Below are positions 1-14,500 of a DNA stretch of 64,000 nucleotides, one piece after another. The stretch covers positions 8,893,070-8,957,069 of the forward strand of contig NW_002060943.1 in assembly GCF_000150275.1 (NCBI RefSeq). The letters run 5' to 3'. The translations under genes and the position numbers were made by a program. Within the stretch, counting starts at the first letter, position 1; every line of letters starts with the position of its first letter. The stretch is from Trichoplax adhaerens (lineage: Eukaryota > Animalia > Placozoa). Below the pieces are notes generated by a model. It did not search any database, was not told where the DNA came from, and worked only from the letters and a program-made list of their open reading frames with translations.

Positions 1-675
1 TTCTCACTTCAGTCGCTTGTTAGTGAGTTGCCAACCACCTTAAATTCTTGCGGTGATGATGATACCGCAAGGCACCTTTTGTCGCTTGCAAAATGTAAAT
101 ATCTGGCATACGGTAGCGTATTTTCGCTATTGGACCTGAAGACAGATCAAAACAAAAATCTTATGTTTTGCATTCTAACAGGTCGTGCTCATAATATACC
201 TTTACAGTGACTTTACGATTCATTTAAGGTTAATTATGAATACATTTATTGGCTATATCATCTGTCGTTTACTCGAGAATTAACAGCCATTTCTAGTTCG
301 AACGCGCAATTTACTTCTAGATTTATGATCTTATGATGTCGATATCATTTTCTAATCATTAATTCAGATTAGAACACTCGTGTCAGCTAACGTCAAGCTG
401 ACACCCCAGAGGCAAATCTTCATTTTCACCTACTGTAAATAAAGGATAGTACATTGCAAGCAAAATATTATTTAGCTTGAAAAATGAAATAAAAGCGTCT
501 TAAACACATAGTATATTTTAATATCATGGTAAATGCCATAAATTACAATTAAAAATATTGCAATATGTTTTATAGATGAGCGTACTAAATTAAATTCCAA
601 ATAAATTCTATTAAATTAGCAACATTGATTAGCCGGGTATAAATACTAAAATGGCTGAATTTCGGTTTTATTTAG

Positions 676-3600
676 ATGGGGTGTTGGAAGCCAGTGTGAA
701 TCATTCGATGCTCGCAGGATTATACCGTGTTTTGATGAACCAGCATTGAAAGCTAGATTTCAAACTACCCTTATCGTTCCTAGCAATTACACTTCCTCGT
801 TAACTAATATGCTTTTAGTCGGTGAACAACCATTGCAAGGAAATAGAGTTCAATTAAGCCATGAAAGTAAGGAAATATTCAAACCGCCGGTTTTATTTGC
901 TGATATATTTCAGCAATAGCGTTCGCAATACAGTACATTCCTTTAACTTATCGAATATGTTTATAATATTGCATTGAATTCTTAACAGTTAGTTATACGT
1001 AATGGTAGTTAGACTAATGGAAATATAGACAACGCCGAAATTCTATTTTATTCTAATCTCTAATTCTTTTATTTAAAACAATTTTAGACACTGTTGTTAT
1101 GTCATCTTATCTATTGGCATTCAGTATCACTGACTTTGATCGAGTTGAAAGAGATGTCGGAGGCATTTTGGTAAAATTGGATGCTAACAACATTACGTGA
1201 ATTATACATTAAATTTTAGATAGCGTATTCTTATTGCACGATGATAAACAATAAAGAGTCTCTAACTTCATTATTATAACTAAAGATTAATTAATCAACT
1301 ACAGTATAGGATCTGGGCCCGTAAAGCAATTAAAAATGACGGTAACTATGCACTTGAAGCTGCCATTAACATCACTACTTATTTTGAAAATTTGCTTGGC
1401 GTGAAATATCCGTTGCGTAAGCAAGGTAATGGTTATCAAATCGGGTTCATAATCCGGTATACTGTAGTGTAACGGGTGTTCAAAATATCTAACATTTAAC
1501 TTATTTTTTGATTAGATCATGTTTCTGTTCCTAAATTTGATTCGGGCGCTATGGAAAATTGGGGATTAATCTTATATAGAGAGGAATACTTGTCATATAG
1601 TCCATCTTATACCGATGCTAGAGAAAAAGAATTTATAGTGGCTATAATTGCTCACGAATTAGCTCACATGGTAAGTGTCTAAATCTTACTTCCTTTTGAA
1701 TCCACAGTTCTTAGAAATGGTATCTAATGGAATTGCTATCGATGATTAATTTAACTTTAAATCCACTTCATTTGTTAATTAAAAATGTCTTTATAAGTTA
1801 TAATCAGTTTGGATAGCTACTAAATCGTTATGATATTCCACAATCGATAAGTAAGAGCTCGGGTAGTGAAAGTATCATGAACTATACTTACTCAAGTACC
1901 TAATACTAGAAAAGACCAGCTCTCGCAAATTTGTTTATTCTAGATGCAAACTATCGTATCTACAGTTATAATATCCAATATATTTATCTTTCTTAATAGT
2001 GTATTAGCAAACTAGTTAAACTAAATTTTAATTTAGCGACATTAATTGTTACTGTACGTTCTGTTAGCCTATATTTGCCTACTCGTATATGTACGTATCA
2101 TGTAATGTATATTCTTTATAATTCTCACTTTAAAATTTTTAAGATACATTCAGTAGTCGATAAAATGACTTTGTCAGTATTAAAACATTCTCTATGTAAT
2201 GTTTGCTTCAGGCAAATGCTTTCTGAAATTGTTTTAAACGATCATTTTAATGATGATATGAAACTTATCATATGAAATTTTTTCAGCCTGTTTCTATACA
2301 GCAATATCTTGATTATTATCTGAATTGAAAGCTATCGGGTATTTCATATACCGTGCAATAGCGGAATTATTTTTACTACTATTTTATTATTTAGCTATAA
2401 TTTTCGCTCGTATGTAGCTAGTTGTGAAAAGCTGATTATAAGACTTGAGTGAAGTGATACTAAGAACAGATATGAGGTTAGTTTAACTCATTTTTCATTT
2501 GTTGTAGTGGTTCGGTAACTGGGTTACTATGGTTTGGTGGAACGATTTATGGCTAAACGAAGCTTTTGCAAGTTACTTTGAATATATAGGACAGACAAAC
2601 TTTGCCCCTGAAACCCTCGGCGTAAGAATAATTTTATTAATTATAATGAAAATCATTTCTCCTGTATTTAAAGTTATTAGATATATTTTAGTAAATAACC
2701 GATAACCTAGGAATTATTTAATTAACGTCAAGTTGTCTTTTGAAATTTATAGTGGGATTCCTTTGTTGGTTATGACATGAATTCTGCACTCGTTAACGAT
2801 CAAACTCCAACATCTCATCCAATTAGTCCTCCAGAACAATACGGTCCTTTCTTCGATAGGATTACTTACCAAAAGGTGAGGATTATCATATCTCTTCTCC
2901 CTTCAAGACCAAATATATGAATAGTTATAATTACAAATTATTGTCTACTCCAGACAATTAATTGCGATTGTAATTGTTGTAGGGTGCTACCGTTCTTCGC
3001 ATGATCGATAACTATCTTGGTCGCCAACCTTTCCTCGATGGATTAAGGGTATTGTTTTATATATTACAGCATAAATATCCGAGTATACGATATGAAAAAG
3101 CAACAATATCTAAAATGTTAATAAATGAAGTTATTTTTATCGTTCTACAGCATACTTATTTGTAGATTTTAACACTTTCGTAATTAAATAACTAATTTCA
3201 ATGCTTTAATGTTTTAAAATAGAATTACTTGGTCAACTTTAACTACTCAAATGCTATTGCATCAAATCTGTTCGACCGTATGACAGAAGTATGTCTAAAG
3301 CCTATTAAGAATTGATATAACTATCTTCTAGTTAACTCTAAGAAATTAAATTCTTTTAAGACATACACACTTTTGAGTGTTCTCTGCACATAATTTTACT
3401 TGGTAAAAATGCAATATTAAGATGTGTTTAATTTGTAGTTATAATGATTCTTTCGTATTTTTCCCTAAAAGCGATATAACGGTATCAATGTTACTGAACT
3501 TATGGGTCCATGGGTATACCAAATGGGCTATCCCATTGTTACTGTAACCCAAGATTCTGCCAACAACAGAGGAATGTTATCACAACAACGCTATCTAACC

Positions 3601-6422
3601 AATAAGGACTTAAATCCAAGTGTAGATCCATCAACACAACCATATAGATCACCATACGGGTAACTATTATACGTTACAAATGGTGATATATTTAATTGCC
3701 TATCTAAAATTATATTATTAATTTTATGAGTTGTGTAATAATCTGTGATTTAAATAAGTCGAAAAAATTAATACGATAGCACAAATTCTTAAAAATTAAA
3801 GAATTTTTAAACACGCTGCTAACCATTTATTGATCATACTTTTCTACCTTACCTAGCTATAAATGGAATATTCCGATCACTTGGTTTGTAGGCTCTGCAC
3901 CTAGTACTATTAACAGAGGGATGTTTAATAGGACATCACGTAAGTTTTCAACTGGAAAGTACTTCCAAACGAATTGTTCTACGCGACGAAATTAATTAAT
4001 TTATCTTTCTCAATTTAGAATCTATGACCGTTTCCTGGCCGCAAAACACTTGGATTAAGATTAATGCAGGAAGTATGGGTTTCTATCGTGTTAACTACCC
4101 ACAATCTAACTGGGATCAATTAGCTGCTGCTTTGAATGCAAACCCTAACGTAAGTTAAACTTTAAGCACAGCCTATACAATATCCATTATAGCACTCTTC
4201 GCAGTCCTTAACTATAGTGTTTAAACATGTATGAAGATTGATTTTACTTATAATAACTCATGTTATACGATATTGATACGCTATATCATGAATAGCAATT
4301 TACTAAGAGAGATGCTGCTGGATTAATTTTGGATTCGATGGCCTTTGCATCGTAAGTCTGTGTGTTATCATGTTGGAAAAGTAGACATAATTCCAACTAC
4401 CAGTGTAATTTTAAGTAAATTTCTAGTATTTGAAGATATAAAGTCTTGACATTTTCTCATAATAACTTAAATAATTTTATGATATTATAGGACAGGACGC
4501 TTGACATACAGCACTGCATTATCCATCACTAATTACTTAGCCAAAGAAAGTGCATATGTACCCTGGTATGTCACATGGGCAGCCTTCTTAGACTATCAAC
4601 GACGTTTAGCGGCTAGACCCTCGAACCAATATTTTAGGGTAAACTTAATGACCTATAATATAATTTGCTTATGAATCGACTCCATGTACAAATTTTTGTT
4701 GATAATATTCTGGATCCAACCTTACTTTTTATGATTATTCATTCATAACCTAATACCTTCTTAAAACATAGAACTATTACGTAAAAATCTTGAAACCACA
4801 AGTAGATGCAATTGGCTTTGTTGGAACTGGAACTCATACTGAGAGGTTCGTAGGTGTTCTAAAACTTTCATCGATCTCATAGTCGGTCAGAATACAGTAA
4901 TTTATCAATTTTCTAGATTTTAAGTGAATTTAAAGCATCATAGCTTAGAATAAAATTGTGATGATCATCATTATCTACGAAAGCCATTACATAATACTTA
5001 GTGATTTATGGGATCTTTAATTATCACCCTCTTTCAAACAAAATTATAGTTTCGTTGTTACCGCGGTTATAACAGATAATTTTCATTTTCTCTTAGACTA
5101 CTCCGAGAAATAATCATGGATGCTGCCTGTTATCAAGGCTATGAACCATGTGTTCAAAATGCAACGGCTATGTTAAGAAATTACATGAGCAATTCCACCA
5201 CCAACGCGTTAGTATGGCGTAATATTTATTTCACCAACATGACTATCCCTTTAATAAAATAATTTTACTCCTATACATTTCTATTACTAGCGAAAATTAA
5301 ATAACTTTCCTATAAGTAGTAATTAATTTATTAATTTATATCAATTTTAGTGTTCCAACTGATCTAAAGGAAGTAGTTTACCGTTATGGTATCATGTATG
5401 GTGGTAGTGCTGAATGGGACTTCCTTTGGAGCCAATATCATTCTTCTATAACCATCCCTGATAGAGACAAAATATTTTACGCTTTGTCTTTTTCAAGAAA
5501 TCCTGCCAGCATTAGAAAGTAAGCTTGACAATATTATAACTTTCTTCCAAGTGTTTAAATATCTTGCAAAAAATATATTAATTTAATCAAAAAGCTGTAT
5601 GCAGTACCATGTGCTGCCGTTAAGAGTTTCTCTATAAGTGACTATATACTATATTTTAAACTCTATGCTCTTCGCCGATAGTACATAAAAATATGGTTGC
5701 CTATATGAAAGTAAATCTTTGTTGATAATTTAGCTGTAGTCTAATAAGGCAATCGTTTCGGCATTATAGGTTTTTAAGCTACGCTATGGATCCTACCAAG
5801 ATCGATAGGGCTGATACCTACTTGGTAATGTTATACTTGACCAGAAATCCTGTTGCTAGACCCTTCGTCTGGGATTTCTTCGTAGAAAACAAGGCTTGGT
5901 TCAAGAATAGGTAACATACGGATCTTAAGATTAATCAAACAATCAGTTGCTTTAAAGTTTCTTAATTTTACTGAAATTTAAATTTAACTTATGCTAAAAT
6001 CTAGTACATTTTTGAAGGTTTATTGTATTAGCTAAGTATATTAACTTATTCATCAATTCTAGATATAACAACTTGAGGTATCCCGCCTATTATGCAAGCT
6101 TGTACTTTGATGATGATCATAACTATGCTCGGGTATGATTTGTTTTAAGTTTCTTAATATTCGGTTTAATTTGAGATAAAGATGTTAATATTATTATTAG
6201 TGTAATAACGACAAGTTGGATTTTAACTGACGAACGAGTCTTAAACAATCTCTCATTTTATTATTTGATTAGGTTGAGAAATTCTTCGCTGATAATCCAG
6301 AGAATACTTATTACACGACCAGGGTAGAAAGAAACACCTTGAACCGTATTAAAGCTAACAAGAATTGGTTAACAAATCATGAAATGCGTTTTACTAAAGC
6401 TTGCCGCGATAACAGCATGTAG
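676..6422 (+). CDS. M1 family zinc aminopeptidase (aminopeptidase N/A-like), multi-exon, 5' partial (first exon lies upstream of the window)
   Basis: Hand-spliced GT-AG exons: 676-866 ([19 protein letters not shown]), 1088-1170 (MSSYLLAF), 1305-1425, 1516-1670 (GAMENWG..HELAHM), 2508-2621 (WFGNWVT..WLNEAFA, HEXXH-x18-E intact), 2753-2875 (FDRITYQK, catalytic Tyr), 2983-3048, 3223-3288, 3472-3659 (QMGYPIVTV), further exons ([16 protein letters not shown] etc.), last exon 6273-6422 ending ..[21 protein letters not shown]. Confidence 0.95.
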
Positions 6423-8575
6423 TAGATAAACAGCTCAATGAATAATCAAACATACTTTTCGGTTGGATTATTATTTAGATTTACAGGCCGTAATATTTGT
6501 TGCGTAATCAATCGTGTTTTACTCATTAACTGATCATCTTCATTGTAAAAGTTTCTTTTATCTTTTACAATTTGAACGCTTATTTACTATTAGCTATCTT
6601 AATTTAGAGATTAATATTTTCGAGGCCTAGTTTTACTACTTGTTGGCTACTAAGGAATGAGATTTGACTCTATTTAGATAGTTGCTAACCGACCGAAGTT
6701 ATATTTTCCTCAAAATATGCAACTGCAGTGCTTTTGATTATTTGTGGATACGATTAAAACAAGAGTAGATTTATGGTTTATAGCTCTGTTGTTGATATAA
6801 TGTTATCAGATTTAAATTGTTTCATTGGTGCTAAAGTAGGCTGATTTGTCATAGTATAATAAAGGTTTTAAGTTGTAACCTCACGGAAAAGTTTATCTGC
6901 GAGACTAATGCGCAGTTATTAATTATCTGACAACAGGCATTATGGAACACGATTTCTTTCAATTTCCAGTAAATTAATGATTCACTCTATCTACTATCTC
7001 AGATAGAAGCGCTGAAATTCCCTAACACTTTTGATAATATCAGTTATCACTACTACACACTTTGTAGCAAAGAGTTTCAATGATGTCAAATTAATAAGTA
7101 GTTACGTTTTCCTTATAGCTGACATTCGACATGGAATGATTTATTAGTGCTCATGTTAGTAGTTACATTAGCCTGATAGCGTCTTCATATTACTTCACTA
7201 AAATTTGAGACATACTCGTAATAAAGAGGAGGTCAAAGCCGCCGAGGCTTTCTGACTTTAAGAACTTAATAAAACTATAATAGTCTATTCAAGGATAAAA
7301 ACTTAAATTAACAAAATTCATGAAAGATGCTTAGTCACTGATATTGTAACTTAAATCTATACATTATTTCCCAAAAATCAAATATATAATCGCAATAGTA
7401 ATATAATCCTGTACCCAAAATCATTACACAGCTAAAATAGTTGTAGAGAATAGTACTTAAATTGGTTACATGAATTCTTTTTTGCAAGAATAGAAATTGT
7501 TAAACCGCTTCTAGATTATATAAACTAATAGCCCTTGATATGAGCGACATCATATCTGTCTGACATGTTCGCACTGTCATATTATGCCAGGATGTAAAAC
7601 GACTATGGAGGTAAGCTTTGTACAGCTAATCACTGTCTTCGATCAAATTTTAGCAAAGTGATTCTCAAATTTCTACTGTTTCAACATTTTATATAGTTAG
7701 CTAGCGGAAAACGGAGTCGTGGTTTTATTTATCAATAAGTTACCGTGTATCTAATAAAACAAGAGGATATAATAATTTCTCAGATGATTTAAAAATTTAC
7801 AAGTTATCGATTGTCAAGTAACTGTTATGGCATAGATATAAAATACAAACTAGGTTCAAGTATTATTTTGTGTTGCATTAAACATGCACTGTAACTTCGC
7901 TGGGAATAATTTTATACCGCTTACCTGTACCTGCATTAAATTATCAAGTAATATAATTAATAATTAACGAAATTCTGGATTACGTTGTTAGATATATTTC
8001 GTTAACATTTTGTATATTATACTACTCTGTTAAGTCAGTTGAAATCGAATCATCCTTAAAATTTTCAAAGCGCAAAGTGTTACATCTCTTCTTGTAAGAT
8101 TAACTTTAAAAATTCCTTTTTATTTTCTCTTTATCAGTAGTAATAGTATTTTCATTTATTAGTAAAATATTGATCAATTCTATAAACAAAACCTATTAAG
8201 TAATATTATTCATAACAATCAAGCTTTCTTGCATTGCATTACACCACTAACTAGGCAATCGCTAGATTTCTTTAAGAAAACTAGTACATAAGTAGAGACC
8301 GATATCAAAACTATATTAATCTCCAAACCAGTCCATACCTAATATCGAAATAAAATCTTTAAAATGTTTACATGATAAGAACAGTATAATGATTCTTAGA
8401 TAATTGCCAAATTTTGCTTGTTAGATGCTTGAATTAGTCTACAGTATAACAATATATAGTATACGCGTAATTTGCATTAATACGAATTAAAATTAGCATT
8501 CCTTTACTGTTAGAAATCAATCTTAACTTCGAGTGTGATTAAATAATTGAGATCTTGTATAACTGTAAAGTGCAT

Positions 8576-11500
8576 TCATTTAATCTGTTGTTGTAACTGA
8601 TTGGCAATATCATGACATCCACATTCTTGTAAATCCATAATTAATCGGAACGGTATGGCCTTTCGGCCTGATTTCATCAACCACTGATTTAACATAAGAC
8701 GAACTTTATCATCAACCGCATTTTCCATATGATCAGTAACATTTAAATCGAACTTAGATAAACCTAGTCTTTTGGCTAATTCTGTCCATTTATTGCCAAT
8801 ATTTTCCATGACGCACTTGAAAAACGGTGACACGGCTAGTAACGGAACAGTAAATGAAGACAGAAATGAGGAATGACTAAAACTTGGCGATATATTTTCT
8901 TGTTAAATCCCGAAGTATCGAACATTAAGAGAGTAGTATAAATTATAAAATTGTGCATTGATATATATGTCGTCAAAACTATGTAGAGTTGGTTACTATG
9001 CATTATGCCTACTTATGGTCGATCATATTATTTCGTTTATGTGAATTTATACAATGTTATGAAAAGCTAATCATTGTTTATTTACTAAAAATCATCTAAA
9101 TATTATGGTAAATTTTGCAATAAGTGATTTAATTGCAACAGTTGGAACTAGTAGAAATCATTTTACTCTCAAGTATTGAAAATCATTTACCTGAATTGAG
9201 AGGCCTAAATGCTTTATCATCAACTGTTCGATGAGTCTATAAAATGGATGAAACCATTAAACATATCTAACGGTCTTCCTTTCACTGATCTCTTCTCGTT
9301 TATTTTAAGTAAACATCATAGAAAAATAATATTCAATATAGTCTAGATGTTTAAAATGTCAGATGTATAATATTTGTTGGTGCTCTCTTGTTCTTGCAAA
9401 ATATTTTACCATAGCAAGTTTCATTATATAGTGACCACTACGTAAGATGGCGGCCCTTTACCAGGCTTTATTCGCTATCTAGCATATTTCACTGTCTGGT
9501 AAATAAGTGCTTAATCTGATGATTTCTATGCTAGCTACAGGTATTATTTTAGAATCTAACATTATAAACTACTTTGTAAAACTTCATATATGCGATTACT
9601 CAGGGATATTTTTATCAAGAGCACTAAAAACGATTAAAACTTATATCATAATAGAACGTCAATGATTATAATTACGTATTTGTACATTTAAGTAAGACGA
9701 AATATAAATTATATTACTTTTGAACTCCAGAAACCTGTCCTATTCTAAGGATTTTCTAATGATTGCCTTATTTAAAAGTACCTTGAGGATGGACACTTTC
9801 CACTTAATTTCTGATCGGTGTTGACTATTGTCACTGATTATAATTCGACCAATTAATCCAGCATCAGGCAATTTCTCGGTCAATTGGCAAGCAAAATCTT
9901 CTAAGATCATGCTACCATTGAAGATAACTGGCTGAATAAGCGTTTCTTGTCCCAAATCCCGGTCAGCATTAAAGCCTTTACCCGTCAATTCGATGTTATA
10001 ATAGCCATTTTTAATGCGCAAATCTCTAGCAAATCCAACTATATTTGAAAATCCAAATTGATGATCTAAAGATTCATTCGATCGTAATATGACAATGCGG
10101 AAAGCAGTACGGAAATTATCTTCGCAGTCATCTACCATCAAAACGTAGCAATTATAATAATCTGATATACTCGGATAACGGAAAGCAGGCCCTAATTCGT
10201 AATGATCCAAAACTGATCGCTCATATTTATATAACCCTACAAAAGTGGAAAAACGGCTGATTGGAAAGGAAAGGCTTTCATTACCCTGAGCATCTCGATT
10301 TACACGGTAATCAGCATCAATTAAATGCCATTCTGGTCTCTTTTCTTCAACACAATCACTATACCATAACGTTAATGGCAATGTATCATCTAAAGTTAAA
10401 TTGAATTGCTGCCTAATTTTATCGCTATCCGGCAGAGGCAATGTCACTGTTACACAGTCCATGTCAGTACTTTGAAATTCATGATGATGTGGGCGAAACA
10501 TAACCACAGGTGTAGCTTGCGCAAATGCTTCTGTTTCATATGGATCAGCACCGTATGGCGGATCAGCATAAAATATTTTAATTTCGACTACTAAATCTGT
10601 GCTCGCACAATCAGCAGGTATATGACACTCAACTGAAGGGATAGACGGAAGTGTAACATAGCCTCCGATATTGGCTTCAATTTCGTGCTCATATGTAGGG
10701 TATCCTGTCAAGAAAGTAAGGATAGCTTATAATTAAATGGCATGAGATATAAATGGCAGTTTTTGAGGAAAATATGTTTTAGTTTCTCTAACAGCATAGA
10801 CACACATATTTCATCTATTTTGATGACTATTTCTACCTGTATTAGTTAATTCTAATCGATCTTCAAATTTCGCTTTGCCACTCATTATTTCTTCGTTGCT
10901 ATTACCGATACTGCATTAAAATTTTAAGTTAATATGAATGTAATAGAAGAAAATCTGTTTAACAGAAAGATACAAGCCCGAATAACATGAATTCTATAAC
11001 GGTCGTCTATCTTACATTTCCAGAGATGCTTCCGAGTTTGAACCTACTAATAAATGATATCGAGTACAAAGTCAAATTATTCAATCGATTAATTTAATAA
11101 AATAGTTAGACATAGTGAATGCTATTATTAAATCATAAATTACAACTGTATCATTTTAGCATGATTCTTATAATACAATATATTATGGTAATCTATAGAT
11201 CAAAGTACGTTTTAAGAATGATAACTGATGCTATCCGGGTTGATCATAGCTAGAGATAACTATACTTTAGTAATTTGTAAATTACAATAACTAACAAGAA
11301 GCACATAGAATACATGTGGCAAGTAAACTACGTATAAATTCAAAATAAGCGATGCAATATACGCCAATATAAATGATCAGAAATAGTTTACAGTAAATTT
11401 ATGTAATGTATCAAGCTAAGAAAAGTTAAGTTTTTCAGACTTACTTATATCATTTCGTAGAGACTTAGTTCTGGATATATCAGTGCTCTACCGTAGACGT

Positions 11501-14500
11501 AGAAATACAGTAAAAACATGTTATTTGGGAATAATTTAAAAATTTTTTTAAATTGATAAAAAAGTTGAAGATTAATCATCGCATAATATCTTGAATTAAT
11601 TCAAATCAGGTTTTCTATCTCACGTTTCTAACTCCAATTTCCAATATTCAGTGTTTTTGGGTTCATACTAATTTAGTGTAGTTTACTATACTGTACAATG
11701 TACATAGGGTTTACACCAACTAAAATTTTTTATAGTAGCGCAAAGATAGAGAGAAACTAATTTTAGATTAGTCATAGTATATCACTGCTTACGGTAACAG
11801 AGCGATGGAAGAATACTTTTTCAACAGTGGTCATGAAGCTATTACCAAGAGCAATATCTTTAGCTGTTTTACCATCCTAATAGCGTAAAAAGATGTATAA
11901 TTAAAGTTTAAAATTATTTCCTTTACCGGTTAGTTTTCATTAAAAAAATGAGCATTAGCAAGTTAAAATTAAAACTAAACGGACTATAATTTCTAGTATT
12001 TGAAATCTATCTTGTAGGTATAATATTAAACGTATACGTACGTGTATACCACATATAATATATTTAGTATGATAGCGAAAATGTTGATAATACCAATTAA
12101 ATATATCACAGATATCAAAGCTTTCAGATTACTTACAATTCATACCAATTTATCATTGCTATTCTTAAAAGTACGAAATTTGTGATTATCTCTCCTTAAA
12201 ATAGACGTTTGAGAATCTTTGTAATATCAAAAGCAGACTTACATTATTTACTTCATGAATGTTGGCATTATGTTCCAGAAGCATGTGCACACATTTTTCA
12301 TGTTGATACCGGGAGGCCAAATGTAACGGTGTGTTACCATTCTAATAATTAGTTGCCAAAAGAAATCAAAATCTAGAATATCAATTCTGCTAGGAATATG
12401 AATATGTCACTTCTAATTGTTATGAATTAGTTAAAAAGTTCAGAAAAATAGGATTGTAAGAATTGCTCAGAGTAGAAAAGATATTGCGATCCCATAAGTT
12501 GACGGCTATTTCTAGCTGGCTTAATTGCATAGATTAAAAATAAGGAATCGAAATAGAGTCTTACAATATCTTTGTTATCGATATCAATTTCATCTTGCTT
12601 CAAAAGCCATTCTAAAATGTCGACTTTACCAGTTTTTGCAGCAATATGCATAAGAGTTCGGTTTTCCTGTATAAAATAAAAATAGTAAATTTCAGTGCTT
12701 TAAAGGAGACCAAAATCAGAACAGGTTAAAGTAAGTGTTTGAAATTAGATATTTAGTGCGGAGTACACTATGCAAGGAAGGTATGCATCTAGGGTAGTTG
12801 TAAACTAGATAAAATTTAGATTATGTCTGTACATCATCTCTAGACAGTTCCTTACTTTACAGACGATTAATTTTTCACCAGCAATTATGAATAATTACTA
12901 CTAAATTTAGCAATATTTATGTAATGTCAAATAGTAATTGATTTCAGCAACGTTCTTCTCTCCTTAAATGTAGCATGTTAGCTAATGATATCACTCAATA
13001 CCTCACATTTTATAAGACAAAACTCTACTCCTCTATTATTTGAGTTATTACATTTTATTCGTATTATTAAAACAAATCACAATAGACCTTTAAACGTTAT
13101 AACGAATCAGATAAGGATATTAATATTTTAATGATGGATTTAGGATCATTATCGACTTCTGCACCGTATAAAATACGCAGTATCATACCTAATAGTTACC
13201 GTATTCAAATTGAAGAATAGTATTAGCTGTAATTGAAGATGTAACTCAAAACTACTTTAATTTTAGTCAAAAAATTTCAATACATGGTGAGCTACTTGCT
13301 TAGCTATTTTAGAGTGAAATTTCAACTGCAATTAAAATTTAAAAAGTATCCTTTTTAATTAGGCTATTTTAAACATAATACTTACATCGTCACGAGCTGT
13401 CAAACTGTTGTTATTATCATATAAAATCTTTAGGAGATGTAAGAAGCCATACGAAGCCGCATAATGCATAGGTGTCTGCTGATATTTCTGTCAAGATCAA
13501 AACGTAAATTAGATTTATTACTGTCCTACTCTGTCTTGATCAATCATAACTATTGTGAGCTGTAGCGATGTTTAATCGAATAAACGATATGGAGTAGAAC
13601 TAACATCTTTAGCGTTAGCATTGACACCAAATTGAAGTAGCAATCGCACAGCATGGTGATCGTCATAATCAACTGCTTTATGCAGTGCATTTCGATGAAA
13701 GTGCCTCTATTGGCATAAATATAATCCAAATCAACAAGACATTACGTTATGTTTAAGTTAACTATCAAATTGCCAAGTTGAGTTATCCTTCAAGTAGTAA
13801 ATTATAATCGCATTATTTCTGAAAGAATACGCAATACCATCCAAGATTTCTAACCTTATCATGTACGTTGATGTTTATATTATTCTTGTTCATTTCCTTT
13901 AATACTACCTCATTTCGGCAATGTGCAATCCTGTAGATCTCGTTAGTGGTGATCTGTAAGTTAATTAATGAGCAACAATCAATAGTTGTTCCATTTATTT
14001 ATCGAATTCCATTATATAATTCTTACCGAATATTTCTTGCCAAATTTCTTATTTCAATCATTATTTCAAATCAAGAAGTGATATAAAATATGAAGCATTA
14101 CTTATTCACAGAATTACATACCGGTAATTTATCAAGTGCATCACTAAAAACACTGAATAAGCTAATACGAATTTATTAGCTAAGTGAGATAATAGAATGA
14201 ACGATGTCTTGTATAATATTTTAATAAATTATTCAATTTCTGACAAGTACAGTCATGGTATAGGTACATACAGAAATGTTTTTGGAAGAATTAAGATTCT
14301 TTACTGATGTCTTTTCTGGTAATTTTGCAACAGAACTTTCCGTTGAACTTATCACCTTGCTGCTGCATGATGATCGATCGTCAGGGCTATTTTCATTATC
14401 TTGCTCATATGACGCACTATTAGCACACTAGAGTATAAATGGCAAATGGGTCATCCATGACAGTAGAAATCGAAATCATAAGCTAGCAATTCACAACTTA

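Noticed and set aside
28-210. 60-aa ORF as part of aminopeptidase 1
   Set aside because: No M1 similarity; it most likely lies in the long first intron.
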